Of a stretch of DNA of 64,000 nucleotides, positions 63,831 to 64,000 are shown one piece after another. The DNA is taken from assembly GCA_043228905.1 (NCBI GenBank), contig JBHGNT010000002.1:23436001-23500000 (forward strand). Reading direction: 5' to 3'. Both the position numbers and the translations under genes were made by a program. Positions within the stretch are counted from its first letter, which is position 1, and the number at the start of each line of letters is the position of its first letter. This stretch comes from Azolla caroliniana. Its lineage: Eukaryota; Plantae; Polypodiophyta. The notes beneath the pieces are model-generated. The model ran no database searches. It was not told the origin of the DNA and saw only the letters and a list, made by a program, of their open reading frames with translations.

Positions 63831-64000
63831 TGGTGTGCACGTGCTCCTTTGTGCCACCCTTTTAGCACACCCTTTTTAGCATGCATGTACCTAAGCCAAC
63901 CCACCCTTTTAGCACACTCTTTTTAGCACACATGTAGCTAAGCCAACCTAAATTGGTACTTTTGTATCAACAATAAATTGAGTAAGAAGTAAGAGCTAAG

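Overview
Eukaryotic land-plant nuclear DNA. It is most likely a fern, inferred from the PPR E-domain wording, the Tcn1-type chromovirus and the microsatellite-rich introns. 1-10.3 kb is a nest of LTR retrotransposons: a Copia element sits in an atypical Gypsy, which sits in a Tcn1-like chromovirus, which sits in a gag remnant. About 10.85-18.76 kb is a ~7.9-kb Mutator-like (MULE) DNA transposon with long TIRs. It carries a ~970-codon multi-zinc-finger transposase broken by a single TGA, an apparently intact 5-exon zinc-finger/Ulp1 (C48 protease) gene that the ORF track does not show as one unit, and arrays of a GGTCNCCCAAC motif. The element ends ~165 bp upstream of a 14-exon AXR1/NAE1 (NEDD8-activating E1 subunit) gene. 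Downstream are an intronless OCTOPUS-like (DUF740) gene, a candidate tRNA-derived SINE sharing its tail with intronic RTEX-like LINEs, a 7-exon nuclear poly(A)-binding protein gene, a PLS-PPR pseudogene, L1 fragments (one with a TSD and a preserved empty site) and many simple repeats. All calls were made by reading the sequence; no database searches were run.
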